A stretch of 64,000 nt of DNA from Nitrospirota bacterium. GTDB lineage: Bacteria > Nitrospirota > Thermodesulfovibrionia > Thermodesulfovibrionales > UBA9159. Shown one piece after another: positions 62,689 to 64,000 of this stretch (positions within the stretch are counted from its first letter, which is position 1; each line of letters opens with the position of its first letter). The translations under genes and the position numbers were made by a program. The DNA is taken from contig CAVOUE010000003.1 in NCBI GenBank assembly GCA_963699545.1, positions 736,001-800,000 of the forward strand. The letters run 5' to 3'. Below the pieces are notes generated by a model. That model saw only the letters and a program-made list of their open reading frames with translations. It ran no database searches and was not told the DNA's origin.

Positions 62689-64000
62689 ATGAATAGTGGC
62701 GCAGAAAAAAAGAGACTTGATGAGGCACGGGAGCAGGGGGTTTTGTGGAAGCAAGTGGGGGCCATACCTCAGTGAACGGCAGTGGGGTACGGTGCGCGAG
62801 GACTATAGCGAGGGGGGTGACGCATGGAATTTCTTCACCCACGATCATGCCCGCTCGCGCGCCTACCGCTGGGGCGAGGACGGCATCGCCGGCATTTCCG
62901 ATGACAAAGCAGCACCTCTGCTTTGCGCTGGCCCTCTGGAACGGGAAGGACCCGATCCTCAAGGAGCGGCTCTTCGGCCTCACCAACAGCGAGGGCAATC
63001 ACGGCGAGGACGTCAAGGAATATTATTTCTATCTCGACAGCACGCCGACCCACTCCTACATGAAGTATCTCTACAAGTACCCCCAGTCGGCCTTTCCTTA
63101 CGCCGACCTGGTTGAGACGAACCGCCGGCGCAATCGCGGAACGACATGGAGTATGAGCTCCTCGACACCGGCGTCTTCAATGACGACCGCTACTTCGACG
63201 TCTTTGTTGAGTATGCCAAGGCAGGTCCGGAAGACATCCTGATAAAGATCACGGCAGCCAACCGGGGACCGGAGGCGGCAGAACTGCACCTCCTGCCGAC
63301 GCTCTGGTTCCGGAACGACTGGGCGACGTGGATCGCCGAATCCAACAGGGCTGCCGAGAAACCAGACCTCAGGCAGATCACCCCCTCTCAATCCCCCCCT
63401 TACCAAGGGGGGGCAAAGGGGGGTATGAGCGCGGTCGCGGCAACGCATTCACTGCTGGGTGAATTCATTTTTTCCTGCGAAGGCGAGGTGCCGCTGCTCT
63501 TCACCGATAACACAACGAACAACGAGCGGCTCTTTCCCGGCCTGCCCAATGACAGCCCGTACGTAAAGGACGGGATCAACAACTGCGTGGTGCAGGGCAA
63601 TAAGGCTGCAGTGAATCCCGAAAAGCAGGGCACCAAGGTCGCGGCACACTACCAGGTCAAGGTCGGCGCCGGTCAGACCACGGTGGTCCGCCTGCGGCTG
63701 TCCAAACAGTTCTCCGAACCAAGAAGGGGCGGTAAGCCCTTTGGAAAGGATTTTGATGCAGTCTTTGCTGACAGGCTTCGCGAAGCCGATGAGTTTTACA
63801 AGTCTGTGACGCCGCCATCAGTGAGTGAAGACGCTGCAAACGTCATGCGCCAGGCCATCGCCGGCATGCTCTGGTCCAAGCAGTTCTTCTTCTTCGACGG
63901 TGACAACTGGCTGGACGAGCACCACTCCAACCCTCTCCATACCGGATATCGAAACGCCCGGAACTCGGAGTGGTTCCACATGCTGAACGAGGACGTCGTC
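62689..64000 (+). CDS. GH63/MGH1-like glucosidase, frameshifted near its 5' end, runs off the window
   Basis: [59 protein letters not shown] and [13 protein letters not shown]. Confidence 0.85.
63378..63424. repeat. Palindromic C/G-run element inserted in frame in the glucosidase
   Basis: ACCCCCTCTCAAT-CCCCCCCTT-ACC-AAGGGGGGG-CAAAGGGGGGT, translated as [16 protein letters not shown]. Confidence 0.7.

Overview
Bacterial chromosomal window (overall roughly 55% GC by eye; gene content suggests an anaerobe, possibly Nitrospirota/Thermodesulfovibrionia- or Desulfobacterota-like, which is inference only). Many genes carry single-base frameshifts, most likely long-read indel errors. Left part (1-17.9 kb): two sulfatases, a HAD + 2H-phosphoesterase fusion, vapBC, a permuted NlpC/P60 protein, Cys-rich secreted proteins, a K+ channel, a large MscS, a SYLF protein, a PlpD-like patatin and an OmpA lipoprotein. 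Centre (18-38 kb) is the most interesting part. A promoter with a FadR-type operator precedes rubredoxin - CDC48-like AAA ATPase - FadR regulator - a four-subunit 2-oxoacid:ferredoxin oxidoreductase carrying the oxalate oxidoreductase signature residues (alpha R31, R109, D116, Q211) - a tripartite tricarboxylate transporter - a low-GC SERCA-type Ca2+ ATPase - USP. After these come leuB, ppdK and, on the opposite strand, a second FadR with an identical DNA-binding region plus a cytoplasmic GGT-family hydrolase (candidate oxamate amidohydrolase), then tRNA-Leu(TAG). I read this as a candidate anaerobic (calcium) oxalate/oxamate utilisation system. Right part (38.8-60 kb) is bracketed by a pair of ~68-bp inverted repeats. 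It holds cax, an RND pump, YidE/AspT, a DUF3141-MaoC/Pta-AckA-FabI cluster, YdiK, DUF3300/DUF2950 and mazEF. The window ends in a GH63-like glucosidase that contains an in-frame palindromic insertion. No CRISPR array, rRNA, integrase or transposase was seen.
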